Part shown: piece after piece, positions 22,679-34,936 of the stretch
How the letters are laid out: each line of letters opens with the position of its first letter
How positions within the stretch are numbered: the stretch's first letter is position 1
Source: an uncultured Clostridia bacterium
GTDB lineage: Bacteria; Bacillota; Clostridia; Christensenellales; UBA1242
DNA length: 64,000 bases
Assembly: GCA_947366895.1 (NCBI GenBank)
Contig: CANBBP010000003.1
Location: forward strand, 40,544-104,543
Direction: 5' to 3'
Notes under the pieces: model-generated
What the model was told of the DNA's origin: nothing
Seen by the model: only the letters and a program-made list of their open reading frames with translations
Databases searched by the model: none
Made by a program: the position numbers and the translations under genes

Positions 22679-23082
22679 TCCGTTTTTTAAAAAAATGTTT
22701 GTGAAAGTTGCACTAAATATTTTATTAAAAATCACTTGCTTTTTTGTTTTTTATAGTTAAGCACTTTAAAAACCGACCAAGCAAAAGGTTATGAGAAAGG
22801 CTAAACTCCTTTATTTAAGCCACATGTAGCGGTTTAAGAAATAAAAAAAATATTTTATTGAACACCCAGACGGTAATTATAATTAATAAAATATATATAT
22901 TAATATTTATAATAATTAATAATAAATATTAATTTTTAGATTCGACTGAACCTTCAGTTATAAATATATTTATATATATAATATTTTAATTTTATAATAA
23001 TAAAAAAAATTTATTTAATTTATTATTTATAATTTTTATTTTTTATCGACTAAGCAGTAAGAATATTTTATTTTAAAAAAAG

Positions 23083-23114
23083 TTACCCACAATTGGTTAA
23101 GTTTTTGTTGATAA
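23083..23114. promoter_or_regulatory. Pair of oppositely oriented DnaA boxes
   Basis: TTACCCACA (23083-91, +) and TTATCAACA (23106-14, -), each one mismatch from TTATCCACA. Confidence 0.55.
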
Positions 23115-23211
23115 CTTTTTTATTTTTTAAAGAAGAAAAAAGAAGAAGATGAGTGTGTATAAATAATATATAACACAAATCAAACATTTACCACTGTTAG
23201 TGCCAAAAATA

Positions 23212-23250
23212 AAAAAAATTAACCACCTTTCAAAAGTAGCTAATTTTTTT
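23212..23250 (-). terminator. dnaN terminator
   Basis: Minus strand AATTAGCTACTTT-tg-AAAGGTGGTTAATT followed by T-tract. Confidence 0.75.
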
Positions 23251-23270
23251 ATTACAATTTAATTAAAAAT

Positions 23271-24374
23271 TTATTGGTTAATAATTCTTACTGGAAGAAT
23301 TAAATATAAATATTCATCATTATCGCTAGGAGTTATTATACATGGGCTAGAAGCTATGTTAAAACTAATTTTAATTGCTTCATCAGTGATAGTTCTAAGA
23401 CATTCTGTAAAATATCTTGAGTTAAAAGCAATTGTTAAATCGTTACCCTTTAGAGAAATACCAATATTTTCCTTTATGTTTCCTATATCGCTAGTAGAAC
23501 TTAAAGTTAAAACTTTTTCTTTAATGTCAAATTTTACAAGATTATTCCTATCAACTCTTGATAAAACTGATGTTCTTTCAATGGCTTCTTCAAAAACATT
23601 TTTGTTTATGATTAGTGAAGATGAAAAATCTTTTGGAATAATTTGTTTATAGTTAATAAAATCGCCTTCAATAAGCCTTGTTACAATTTTTGTATTATCA
23701 AATTCTACCATAAGGATATTTTTCTTAATAAAAATGTTTATAAGTTCTTCGCTATCCTCTAAAAATTTACAAATTTCAGTTAAACTTTTTGCAGGAACAA
23801 CAATACTTGTTTCTATTGTAGATTCAACAAGAGGTTTTTTAACAAAAGCAAGTCTATAACCATCTAAGCCAATTGAATTTATATTATTATTTGAAATTTC
23901 AAAACAGCAACCTTTCAAGATAGGTCTTGTATCATCAAGAGCAGTTGAAAAAATTGATTTATTTATAAGGGCCTTAAAATCTTTTTGTTTAATTGTGAAA
24001 TAATCACCATTTTCAATAATATTGAGATTTGGAAATTCTAAAACATCATAAACCTGAACAAAACTTTCACTATCAGTATATGTAATTTTTAATCTTTTGT
24101 CACAAAGTTCTAGTTCTATTTTTTCATTTGTTAGTTTTTTAATAAATTCAGAAAAGAATTTCCCAGGAATAACAACTTCGCCACCTTCTTTAACTTCAGC
24201 CTTAATTGTTTTTTCAATAGAAAGTTCTAAATCTGTTGCTGAAAGTTTTAGTCTATCTTCTTCTACAGTAAGTTTTATTCCTTCTAGTACAGGATTTGTA
24301 GTTTTATTTGATATTGCTTTTATTACCTGAGCTGTTGCAATACTGAGGTCCAAGCCATCACACACTACTCTCAT
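23271..24374 (-). CDS. dnaN: DNA polymerase III beta sliding clamp
   Basis: PVLEGI, ATDLELSI, TRPILKG, LDGYRLA, IAFNSRY, YLILPVR. Confidence 0.97.
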   Translation of the reverse strand: MRVVCDGLDLSIATAQVIKAISNKTTNPVLEGIKLTVEEDRLKLSATDLELSIEKTIKAEVKEGGEVVIPGKFFSEFIKKLTNEKIELELCDKRLKITYTDSESFVQVYDVLEFPNLNIIENGDYFTIKQKDFKALINKSIFSTALDDTRPILKGCCFEISNNNINSIGLDGYRLAFVKKPLVESTIETSIVVPAKSLTEICKFLEDSEELINIFIKKNILMVEFDNTKIVTRLIEGDFINYKQIIPKDFSSSLIINKNVFEEAIERTSVLSRVDRNNLVKFDIKEKVLTLSSTSDIGNIKENIGISLKGNDLTIAFNSRYFTECLRTITDEAIKISFNIASSPCIITPSDNDEYLYLILPVRIINQ

Positions 24375-24441
24375 TTATATTCTCCTTTTTTAAAATTATT
24401 ATTGTTATTATGCATCTTGATATGTGGATATCTTAGTAAAC

Positions 24442-24499
24442 ACGCAATATATTGTGTTTATATTAGTTTTTACATTACAAAAAATGCCATATTTTGTTG
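24442..24499. promoter_or_regulatory. Tandem NrdR-box-like pair 1
   Basis: ACGCAATATATTGTGT (15/16 to acaCwATATATwGtgt) and ATGCCATATTTTGTTG (10/16), starts 42 bp apart. Confidence 0.6.
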
Positions 24500-24801
24500 T
24501 GGATACAAGTTTTAACAAGCAAAAAATATTGTTGATAACTTTCATTTTTAAAACCACTCTTTTACTTTACCATATAAAATTAAATTAGTAAAGTATGTTT
24601 TTTTATTTTTAAATTAATTAATTTTATTACCAAAATTAATTTACTTTATATTAAAAAAATAAATAAATTAATTTTTTAATTAATACTAAATTATTACTTT
24701 ATTTATAATTTAATTTTAAATTAAAAAACTTACTAAAGTAAGTATTTTAATTATAAAATAGTAATATTATGCTTTGTAGAAATGTGCATAACTTTTTTTA
24801 A

Positions 24802-24858
24802 ATACTATATGTTGTGGTTTAAAGCAAAAAAAGATAAAAAAAGTAGTAAATATTGTGT
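24802..24858. promoter_or_regulatory. Tandem NrdR-box-like pair 2
   Basis: ATACTATATGTTGTGG (13/16) and GTAGTAAATATTGTGT (12/16), starts 41 bp apart. Confidence 0.55.
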
Positions 24859-24871
24859 GTAAAAAACACAT

Positions 24872-24901
24872 AAAAAAAGTGGAAAAGTAATTTTTCCACT
24901 T
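24872..24901 (-). terminator. Intrinsic terminator immediately after the dnaA stop
   Basis: Minus strand AAGTGGAAAA-attac-TTTTCCACTT followed by T-tract. Confidence 0.8.
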
Positions 24902-26246
24902 AATTATCGCTTTTAATCATGGCAATTAGGTCTTCAACATTAGTTTTTAATTGCCTATCACTCTTAATATTTTGTGCAATTTTATCTCTTGCGTGCATAA
25001 TTGTTGTATGGTCCCTGCCTCCAAAAGCATTTCCTATGGTCATTAATGGAACATCAAGAAGTTCTGTTATTAAATAAATACAAATTTGTCTAGGGTCAAC
25101 AATTTCTTTATTTTTCTTTTTGCCAATTAAATCGGCCTTTTTTACTTTGTAGTAGTTGCAAACAATGTCCATAATTTTATCAACTGTAATACTTTGTGCC
25201 TGAGAAGAGGTAATATCACTTAAAGCTTCCTCTGCTTCTAGCATTGTGGCATTATTTTTGCCAATAAGTATTGAAAGTGAAACAACTTTATTTAAATTTC
25301 CTTCAAGTTCTCTTATATTTGTGTCTATTTTTTCTGCTAAATATTCTAAAACTTCATTATCAACTGTATAATTTTCTATTTCCACCTTTTTTTGAAGAAT
25401 GGCAAGCCTTGTTTCAAAGTCAGGTTTTTGGATATCTTGAATTAAACCTCCTGCAAATCGTGATCTTAATCTTTCTTCAAGAGCTTCAATATTTCTTGGG
25501 TGTTTATCACTTGCTAGTATAATTTGTTTATTATTTTGATAAAGGTCATTGAAAGTGTGGAAAAATTCTTCTTGTGTACCTGTTTTATTTGAAATAAATT
25601 GAATATCATCAACCATTAAAACATCAACTTCACGATACCTTTGTCTAAAAGCTTCAATATTTTTTTCTTTTAATGCTTTTGTGAAGGCATTCATGAATTG
25701 CTCACATGTGACATATAAAAGTTTAATAGTTTTGTTATTTTTACGAATATAATTACCAATTGCGTGTAAAAGGTGAGTTTTTCCTAAACCAACACCACCA
25801 TAAATAAAAAGAGGATTAAAATTTTTACCAGGATTTTTTGCTACATTAATTGAAGCCGAATAAACAATTTGGTTACTTTTACCAACAACAAAGTTTTCAA
25901 AAGTATATTTTTCATTAAGTTTATTTTTTTCATTTAATACTTGTTCTGTTTCAATAAGTTCTTCCGCTTTATTAACATCATCTAAAAAACTATCTTTTTC
26001 AGTAGGGTCTAAAACAACAATATCTTCTACACTATCAAAATGGTTTTTTACTGTTGATAATAGTTTTTCTTTATGCAATTTTAAAAGTTGCTTTTTTGTG
26101 GTAGATGTGGAGGCTAGAAGAATCAATCTATTTTTTTCAACTTTTATAGGTTCTAAAGTTTCAATATAAAGGTCATAACTAACAGCAGTTACTAAATTTT
26201 CCATGTCCTTTAATACTTCGTTCCACTTTGTTAAAAAATTGTCCAT
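24900..26246 (-). CDS. dnaA: Chromosomal replication initiator DnaA
   Basis: YTFENFVVG, NPLFIYGGVGLGKTHL, DDIQF, RLRSRF, GGRDHTTIMHA. Start placed at MDNFL behind SD AAGGGG. Confidence 0.98.
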   Translation of the reverse strand: MDNFLTKWNEVLKDMENLVTAVSYDLYIETLEPIKVEKNRLILLASTSTTKKQLLKLHKEKLLSTVKNHFDSVEDIVVLDPTEKDSFLDDVNKAEELIETEQVLNEKNKLNEKYTFENFVVGKSNQIVYSASINVAKNPGKNFNPLFIYGGVGLGKTHLLHAIGNYIRKNNKTIKLLYVTCEQFMNAFTKALKEKNIEAFRQRYREVDVLMVDDIQFISNKTGTQEEFFHTFNDLYQNNKQIILASDKHPRNIEALEERLRSRFAGGLIQDIQKPDFETRLAILQKKVEIENYTVDNEVLEYLAEKIDTNIRELEGNLNKVVSLSILIGKNNATMLEAEEALSDITSSQAQSITVDKIMDIVCNYYKVKKADLIGKKKNKEIVDPRQICIYLITELLDVPLMTIGNAFGGRDHTTIMHARDKIAQNIKSDRQLKTNVEDLIAMIKSDN

Positions 26247-26401
26247 TTTATCCCCCTTATCAAAAAACAAGCATAAATTCTTGAAAAAAACCTTATTTTG
26301 TTTAACTTTTTATGGTTTTTTTTAAGTTTTAAAACATTAAAATTAAAAAACTATAAAATTTAACTTTGGTTGATTTTAAATTTTTTCTATTAATATAATA
26401 A

Positions 26402-26430
26402 ATAATACTATAATATATATAACTTGTCAA
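26402..26430 (-). promoter_or_regulatory. SigA promoter of dnaA
   Basis: TTGACA-17 bp-TATTAT. Confidence 0.7.
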
Positions 26431-27004
26431 GGTGTTAAGAATTATAAAAACACTAAAAAATAGTTATAAAATAATAATTATTTTAGTTAAAAATTTTTAA
26501 AATATTACCTTATAAAAAATAAAAAAAATAAAATGGCAAGCAAATAATAAAAAAAATATTGTGCAAATTTTACAAATCTTAAATTGATTTTTTACTTTAC
26601 ATTTAATATTTTTTGTGAATTTTTTATTAAATTTTTTTTTCTAATTGCTTATTTTAAATACAAATTAGTTATGTTTTTGTTACTTTTTTATTAAATATTT
26701 GGTTAAAAACAATGTTAATTTTAAATATACAATCAAACGAATAATAAAATATTTTTTAACCCTTATTATTTTTTTAGTTGTAATTGTAAAAAAAACTGGC
26801 TATTTTTAATGCTTTTTTAACTTAAATTCATATTAAAAATCACTTTATAAATATGACTATATATTTATTATATATATATAAGTATATATATCATTATATA
26901 TATAGGGGTTTTAAAGTTTAAAAAACAAGTTAATATTTTCATTAATTTTAATAAAATTTTAAAATACTATTTTAAAAAAAAGCCATATATGGTATATTTA
27001 TAAT

Positions 27005-28099
27005 ATGTATATTGAAACGGTAAAACTTGAAAATTTTAGAAACTATAGTTGTTGCGAAGTAAAATTAAAACCTCATCTTAATGTATTTAGAGGTTCTAAT
27101 GCACAAGGTAAAACAAATTTCTTAGAAAGTATTTATTTATCTAGTATAGGAAAGTCCCCAAAAACCACCAAGGAAAAAGAACTTATTTTATGGGGAAAAG
27201 ATAGAGCCAAAATTAGTATAAAAATAAAAAAACAATACCATGAACAAACGATAGAAACAATTCTTAACACAAATATTAATAAATCCATTAAAATTAATGG
27301 TTTAAATATAAGAAAAATAGGCGACTTAATAGGAGAAATGCCTATTGTATATTTTTCACCTGAGGAAATAGGTTTAATTAAGGAAGGACCTGCAGATAGA
27401 CGTAGGTTTATGGATATAGATATTAGCCAAATTAACAAAAGTTATTTCTATCTATTATGTAGATATGAAAAAGTTTTATCCCAAAGAAATAAACTGCTTA
27501 AAGAAAGCAAAAATTTTGATATTTTAAAGGAAACGATAGACCTCTGGGATGAGCAACTAGCTGATATTGCAAGTAAAATTATCTATTATAGGCTTGAGTT
27601 TATTGAGAAGATAAAAACACCTGCAAAAGAGGTACATCTCAATATAACCGCAAATAAAGAGGTTTTAGAGGTTGCCTATCAGGGAATAAGGCTAAAAAAC
27701 CAAAAAGAGATATATGAAAAACTGCTATCTTACTATAGAAGTTCTTTGCGTAAAGATTTTGATTTTGGATACACCACAATAGGCCCTCATAGAGATGATA
27801 TCGAGATAACTATTAATGGTATAGATGTTAGAAATTTTGGTTCACAGGGACAGCAAAGGCTGGCTACTTTATCGCTTAAAGTAGCGGAGCTTGTTTTGTT
27901 TGAGAAAGTGTTGGGAGAAAAACCTATTCTATTACTTGATGATGTGTTAAGTGAACTAGATGTAAAAAGATGTAAAAACTTTTTAAATGAAATTAAGGAT
28001 TATCAAACAATTTTAACCACAACTAAATTTTCAAGAAACTTAGATGAGGAAAGTGCCATTTTTAATGTAAAAAATGCGATAATTGAAGAAAAAGTTTAA
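27005..28099 (+). CDS. recF: DNA replication/repair protein RecF
   Basis: NFRNY, GSNAQGKTN, GP-DRRRFMD, GPHRDD, GSQGQQR, LLLDDVLSELD. Confidence 0.97.
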   Translation: MYIETVKLENFRNYSCCEVKLKPHLNVFRGSNAQGKTNFLESIYLSSIGKSPKTTKEKELILWGKDRAKISIKIKKQYHEQTIETILNTNINKSIKINGLNIRKIGDLIGEMPIVYFSPEEIGLIKEGPADRRRFMDIDISQINKSYFYLLCRYEKVLSQRNKLLKESKNFDILKETIDLWDEQLADIASKIIYYRLEFIEKIKTPAKEVHLNITANKEVLEVAYQGIRLKNQKEIYEKLLSYYRSSLRKDFDFGYTTIGPHRDDIEITINGIDVRNFGSQGQQRLATLSLKVAELVLFEKVLGEKPILLLDDVLSELDVKRCKNFLNEIKDYQTILTTTKFSRNLDEESAIFNVKNAIIEEKV

Positions 28100-28213
28100 A
28101 AAAGACTTTGTTTTTTTGTTCGTTATATGATATTATACATATATAATTATTATATTTATATATAATAAGCCTTTTTACCGTTAATTTTTTTGCGGTGAAT
28201 AAATTTTTTATAA

Positions 28214-30178
<1,965 letters not shown>

Positions 30179-30179
30179 A

Positions 30180-30551
30180 ATGCCAAAAAATGAAGGAAAA
30201 ATTCTAGAAAACAATAGCCAAAATGCAAATAATGCTTTAGAAAGAGAAAAAACAAATAATCTAGAACAATATAAAAACAAGATTTATGAACTTGAGAATG
30301 AAATAGAAACTATTAAAGAAAGAAATAAAAGAGTGGAACTTGATAAAAAGTGGGAAACCTCATTTACTCGTAGATTTTGCATATGCATTATTACTTATTT
30401 AATTGTTTTAATTTATTCATTCATAATAAAAGACTTAACAACAATAGCAATTATATTTTCATCTATCGTTCCTGTAATTGGTTTTATTCTTTCTACGTTA
30501 TCTTTAAAACTAATAAGAAAATTGTGGGAGAAGAAATATAAAAATGGTTGA
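30180..30551 (+). CDS. Hypothetical coiled-coil plus 2-TM membrane protein
   Basis: ERNKRVELDKKWETSFTRR followed by two hydrophobic helices; abuts the gyrB stop and overlaps the next gene. Confidence 0.75.
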   Translation: MPKNEGKILENNSQNANNALEREKTNNLEQYKNKIYELENEIETIKERNKRVELDKKWETSFTRRFCICIITYLIVLIYSFIIKDLTTIAIIFSSIVPVIGFILSTLSLKLIRKLWEKKYKNG

Positions 30552-30864
30552 TCTAGATAAATTACAAAAAGAAATTTATCAAAATAAAGTTGATAAGGGC
30601 TTTGATGCCAGTGATACAAGGGGTAATATATTCAGACAATTTTGTCATATCCATGGTGAAGTTTCGGAAGCTTTTGATGCTTATTTTAAAGGCTTAGATA
30701 CTTTAGGGGAAGAACTTGCAGATGTTTGCATATTTGTTTTAGGTTTATGTGAAATTAAAGGCATAAGTTTAGAACAAGAGATATTAAAGAAAATAGAAAA
30801 AAATAAAAATAGAATATACGAAAAGAAAAACGGAGTTTTTGTAAAAGCAGAGGGAGTGGAATAA
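30544..30864 (+). CDS. MazG-like all-alpha NTP pyrophosphohydrolase
   Basis: GEVSE...GEELADV metal-binding motif, KIEKN-R. Confidence 0.85.
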   Translation: MVDLDKLQKEIYQNKVDKGFDASDTRGNIFRQFCHIHGEVSEAFDAYFKGLDTLGEELADVCIFVLGLCEIKGISLEQEILKKIEKNKNRIYEKKNGVFVKAEGVE

Positions 30865-30912
30865 CTTTTGTAATTTTTAAAAGTAAAATTCATATTTTAA
30901 AAGGCAAAAGAA

Positions 30913-31203
30913 ATGGAACAAGACTTTACAAAGTTTTATAAACAATTTTTAGATGAGTGGGGCTATGATGCCCAAAGTAATGTGTGCATTGAAGAAATGA
31001 GTGAACTAACAAAAGCCCTTTGTAAATATGCTAGATTTGGCAAAGAAAATGCTCCACAAGAAATTAAAGATAATGTTATAGAAGAAATTGCTGATGTACT
31101 AAACATGGCGGAACAAATGGCTTATTATTTTGGTGAAGAAAATGTAACAAAAGTAAGACAACGAAAAATGGCAAGAACACTAAACAAACTTAATAACTTA
31201 TAA
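30913..31203 (+). CDS. MazG-like all-alpha NTP pyrophosphohydrolase (second, divergent)
   Basis: EEMSEL...EEIADV motif. Confidence 0.85.
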   Translation: MEQDFTKFYKQFLDEWGYDAQSNVCIEEMSELTKALCKYARFGKENAPQEIKDNVIEEIADVLNMAEQMAYYFGEENVTKVRQRKMARTLNKLNNL

Positions 31204-31319
31204 AAATTTAATAAATTTTTGATTTTAACAATAAATAAATTTGAAAAAACTTATTTTATAAATGTATCTTTAAAATTTATTTGTTAAATATATATAAACT
31301 TTTCTTATAGGGGAATAAA

Positions 31320-33794
31320 ATGAAAAAACAAGATTATTCAAAAGAATTAGAGCAAATTGTAGACAACACTAAATATGTTAAGGTTCAACTTAACGAAGAA
31401 ATGAAAAAGTCGTTTATTTCATATGCAATGGCAGTTAATGTAAGTCGTGCCATTCCTGATGTACGTGATGGCTTAAAGCCTGTTCATAGAAGAATACTTT
31501 ATGCTATGGGTGAACTTAACTTATCTTTTGAAAAACCATTTAGAAAATGTGCCCGTATTGTTGGTGATGTTTTAGGTAAATATCACCCTCATGGTGATAG
31601 TGCTGTTTATGAAGCTCTTGTAAGACTTGCACAAGACTTTTCTATAAACGAGCCTTTGGTTGCAGGACAAGGTAACTTTGGTAGTATTGATGGTGATCCA
31701 CCTGCTGCACAACGTTATACCGAAGCAAAACTTTCTCGTATTGCTGGAGAAATGTTAAGAGATATAGAAAAAGAAACTGTTGATTTTTATCCAAACTTTG
31801 ATGGAACTTTACTTCAACCTACAGTTTTGCCTTCTCGTTTTCCTAACCTTCTTGTAAATGGCTCAGATGGTATTGCTGTTGGTATGGCAACTAATATTCC
31901 TCCTCATAATTTAGGTGAAGTTATTGATGGTGTTTTAGCACTTATTGAAAACCCTGATATAGAAATTGATGAACTTATTAAAATTATTCCTGCTCCTGAT
32001 TATCCAACCAAAGGTTTAATTATGGGCAGACAAGGCATAAGGAATGCTTACAAAACTGGTCGTGGTAATGTTGTTTTAAGAGCAAGAACTGAAATTGAAG
32101 AAGAAGATAAAAGAACAAGAATTATAATTACTGAACTTCCTTATCAAGTTAATAAAGCAAAACTTATTGAACAAATTGCTAATCTTGTAAAAGACAAAAA
32201 AGTTGAAGGAATTAGCGATATTAAAGAAGAAAGTGATAGAACTGGTATGCGTATTGTTATTGATATTAAAAAAGATGCAAACGCACAAGTAGTTTTGAAT
32301 ATGTTATATAAACATACTCCACTTCAACAAGGTCAAGGTATCATCTTCTTAGCTTTAGTAGATGGCGAACCTAAAATTTTAAATTTAAAGCAAATACTTT
32401 ATTATTATCTTGTTCATCAAAAAGAAATTATTACAAGAAGAACAAGATACGAACTTGAAAAGGCACAAGAGAAAGCCCATATCTTAGAAGGTCTTGCTAT
32501 TGCTCTTGCTAATGTAGATGAAGTAGTAAAAATTATTAAAAAGAGTGAAGACAAAGTTGATGCTTGCACAAAACTTAGAGAAAAATTTGCTTTAAGTGAA
32601 AAACAAGCAACTGCTATCTTGGAAATGCGTTTACAACGTTTAACTAGTCTTGAAGTTAAAAAGATTAAGGAAGAACTTGATGCTTTACGTCTACAAATTG
32701 CTGAATATAAGGCAATTTTAAAAAGCGAACGCAGAATTTTGGAAATTGTTAAAAATGAATTAACCGAAATTAAAGAAAAATATGCAAGCCCTCGTCAAAG
32801 TGAAATCAGCATTGATTTTGATGACATTGATATTGAGGACTTAATTGAAAAAGAAGATGTTGTAATTTCTCTTACACACTTTGGTTATGTAAAGCGATTA
32901 CCTGTTACTGAATATAAAGCACAAAAGAGGGGCGGTGTTGGGGTAAACGCACATAAGACTAAAGAAGAAGATTTTGTTGAAAAAATGTTTATTGCAAACA
33001 CTCATGATGACCTACTATTCTTTACAAGTAAGGGTAGAGTATTTACTAAGAAAGCTTATACAATACCTGAAGCTCAAAAGAATGCAAAGGGTAGAGCAAT
33101 AATTAATTTATTACACCTAACAGACAATGAAAGTGTAAAAGAAATTATGCGTTTTGACCCAAATATTAAGGGTTACTTAATTATGGCAACTAAAAAAGGC
33201 TTAATAAAGAAAACCTCAATTGATGAGTTTAAACACATAAATAAAAACGGAAAGATTGCTATTAAGTTATTAGATGATGATGCCCTAATAGGTGTTGAAG
33301 CAACAAATGGCAGGGATGAAATTATTGTTGCTAGCCATGAGGGAAAATGTATAAGATTCAGTGAAGAAAATGTTAGAAAAATGGGCAGAAACTCTCAAGG
33401 TGTTAAGAGTATGAGTCTAGCAAAAAAAGATTATGTTGTTGACATGTCTGTTATTAAAAAGGGCTATCAAATTCTTACAATTTCTGCTAATGGATATGGA
33501 AAACGCAGTGACCCTAATGATTATCGTTTACAATCAAGGGGTGGTAAAGGTATTAAAGCTGGTATCTTTAATGATAAAACAGGAAAACTTGTTAACTTAA
33601 AACAAGTTAAAATGGACCAAGATGTAATTATTATTTCTGACAATGGTACAATTATAAGAATGACTGCTGAACAAATTAGTAAGATAGGTAGAAACACTCA
33701 AGGTGTTAAAATTATGAGACTTAAAGATAAAAACTATAAAGTTGTTTGTGCCTCTATTGCCGAACATGAAGAAGTAGAGCAAGTTGAAGAATAA
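31320..33794 (+). CDS. gyrA: DNA gyrase subunit A
   Basis: [27 protein letters not shown] active-site Tyr, GyrA box QKRGGVG. Confidence 0.98.
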   Translation: MKKQDYSKELEQIVDNTKYVKVQLNEEMKKSFISYAMAVNVSRAIPDVRDGLKPVHRRILYAMGELNLSFEKPFRKCARIVGDVLGKYHPHGDSAVYEALVRLAQDFSINEPLVAGQGNFGSIDGDPPAAQRYTEAKLSRIAGEMLRDIEKETVDFYPNFDGTLLQPTVLPSRFPNLLVNGSDGIAVGMATNIPPHNLGEVIDGVLALIENPDIEIDELIKIIPAPDYPTKGLIMGRQGIRNAYKTGRGNVVLRARTEIEEEDKRTRIIITELPYQVNKAKLIEQIANLVKDKKVEGISDIKEESDRTGMRIVIDIKKDANAQVVLNMLYKHTPLQQGQGIIFLALVDGEPKILNLKQILYYYLVHQKEIITRRTRYELEKAQEKAHILEGLAIALANVDEVVKIIKKSEDKVDACTKLREKFALSEKQATAILEMRLQRLTSLEVKKIKEELDALRLQIAEYKAILKSERRILEIVKNELTEIKEKYASPRQSEISIDFDDIDIEDLIEKEDVVISLTHFGYVKRLPVTEYKAQKRGGVGVNAHKTKEEDFVEKMFIANTHDDLLFFTSKGRVFTKKAYTIPEAQKNAKGRAIINLLHLTDNESVKEIMRFDPNIKGYLIMATKKGLIKKTSIDEFKHINKNGKIAIKLLDDDALIGVEATNGRDEIIVASHEGKCIRFSEENVRKMGRNSQGVKSMSLAKKDYVVDMSVIKKGYQILTISANGYGKRSDPNDYRLQSRGGKGIKAGIFNDKTGKLVNLKQVKMDQDVIIISDNGTIIRMTAEQISKIGRNTQGVKIMRLKDKNYKVVCASIAEHEEVEQVEE

Positions 33795-33912
33795 TTATAA
33801 TCTTTAGTAATTTAAAGGAATATATCAATTTTAGTTTTATTATAAAAATTAAAAATGATTATTATCAAATAAAAATTAACAATACGTAATATAAGCAAAT
33901 ATTTAAGATAAT

Positions 33913-33950
33913 AAAAAAGCATTATATCGTTTAAGATACAGTGCTTTTTA
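33913..33950. terminator. Bidirectional terminator (gyrA / GNAT gene)
   Basis: AAAAAGCATTATATC / GATACAGTGCTTTTT imperfect stem. Confidence 0.7.
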
Positions 33951-33952
33951 TT

Positions 33953-34420
33953 TTATATTTGCTTAGAAAATAATAGCCCTTCTCCGCCTTCATTTTTAGT
34001 TATTTTACCTTCTTGATGCCAACCTAGTTTAGTATAAAAATCTGGAACTTGGTCAGTCCAAGCATAAATTTTATTATATCCAAAAGCTTTAAATTTTTCA
34101 CAAGCATAGTTTATCATGGTTTTTGCATAACCTTTGTTTTTATAATCATTAAGAATTATAACATTGCACAACCAAGGATTTATATTTAAGTGATTTTTTA
34201 ATCTATTTTGTCTTAGGGTACAAAATCCTATGATATTGCTTTTATCTACAAGAGCAAATCCTAATGGTAAATTGTTTTTGTTATTTCTCATTGAAATTAT
34301 GTTTTGTGTTGATTCATTATAATCTAATAGGGGATTATGTTTTTTCCAATAACTATAATTAGTTTCAGCAACAAACTTTACTTGTTCTTCTGTTAACTCT
34401 GAAAAAAGTTTAATTTCCAT
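33953..34420 (-). CDS. GNAT family N-acetyltransferase
   Basis: PWLCNVII..YKNKGYA acetyl-CoA motif, FYTKLGW. Confidence 0.88.
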   Translation of the reverse strand: MEIKLFSELTEEQVKFVAETNYSYWKKHNPLLDYNESTQNIISMRNNKNNLPLGFALVDKSNIIGFCTLRQNRLKNHLNINPWLCNVIILNDYKNKGYAKTMINYACEKFKAFGYNKIYAWTDQVPDFYTKLGWHQEGKITKNEGGEGLLFSKQI

Positions 34421-34936
34421 AACTCATTTCCTTTTTAATACTATAGCATACTAAATAATAATTTACAATAAAAACAGTTTTAGTTGATTTAATGATAATT
34501 GTTATAATTTGTTGTTTTTTTAACTAGTAATAAATTTAAATAAACTTGCGTTATTATTAAAGTGAAGATAATCAATTTTTTTAGTAGTTAGCATTATAAG
34601 ATAATAAAAACACAATTGGTTAAATTTAGATTTATCTTTTTTCCTGTAAGTTTTTTAATTAAGATATTATGATTATTTTTTTGTAAAGCTTTAAAAAATA
34701 ACTTAATTAATTTTAAAGATTGAACTATTTAAAGTTTTTAAAAAGATTTTTTTCTTATAGTTTGTCCACAAGTTGTTGTCATAATGTGGAAATAAGCAAA
34801 ATAAACATAGATTGTACAATATGTTTGTTTTTTAAAAAAAATTAGTTCGGACAAGCATATTCTAATAGCATTGCTAGGTTACTAAAGATAATTGTTAAAT
34901 GTACGTTTAAAATCGTTTATAAAGGATTAATTGAAA

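Larger units (their letters stand above)
24375..24899. other. Probable oriC (dnaA-dnaN spacer)
   Basis: Four co-oriented one-mismatch DnaA boxes (24423-31, 24498-506, 24530-38, 24783-91) around a very AT-rich core. Gene orientation switches around this region and the parS cluster is ~12 kb away. Confidence 0.75.

Noticed and set aside
24395-24411. TAA/ATA triplet run next to the dnaN-proximal DnaA box as DnaA-trios
   Set aside because: The position fits, but the triplets deviate from the 3'-GAT-5' consensus and such runs are common at this AT content.
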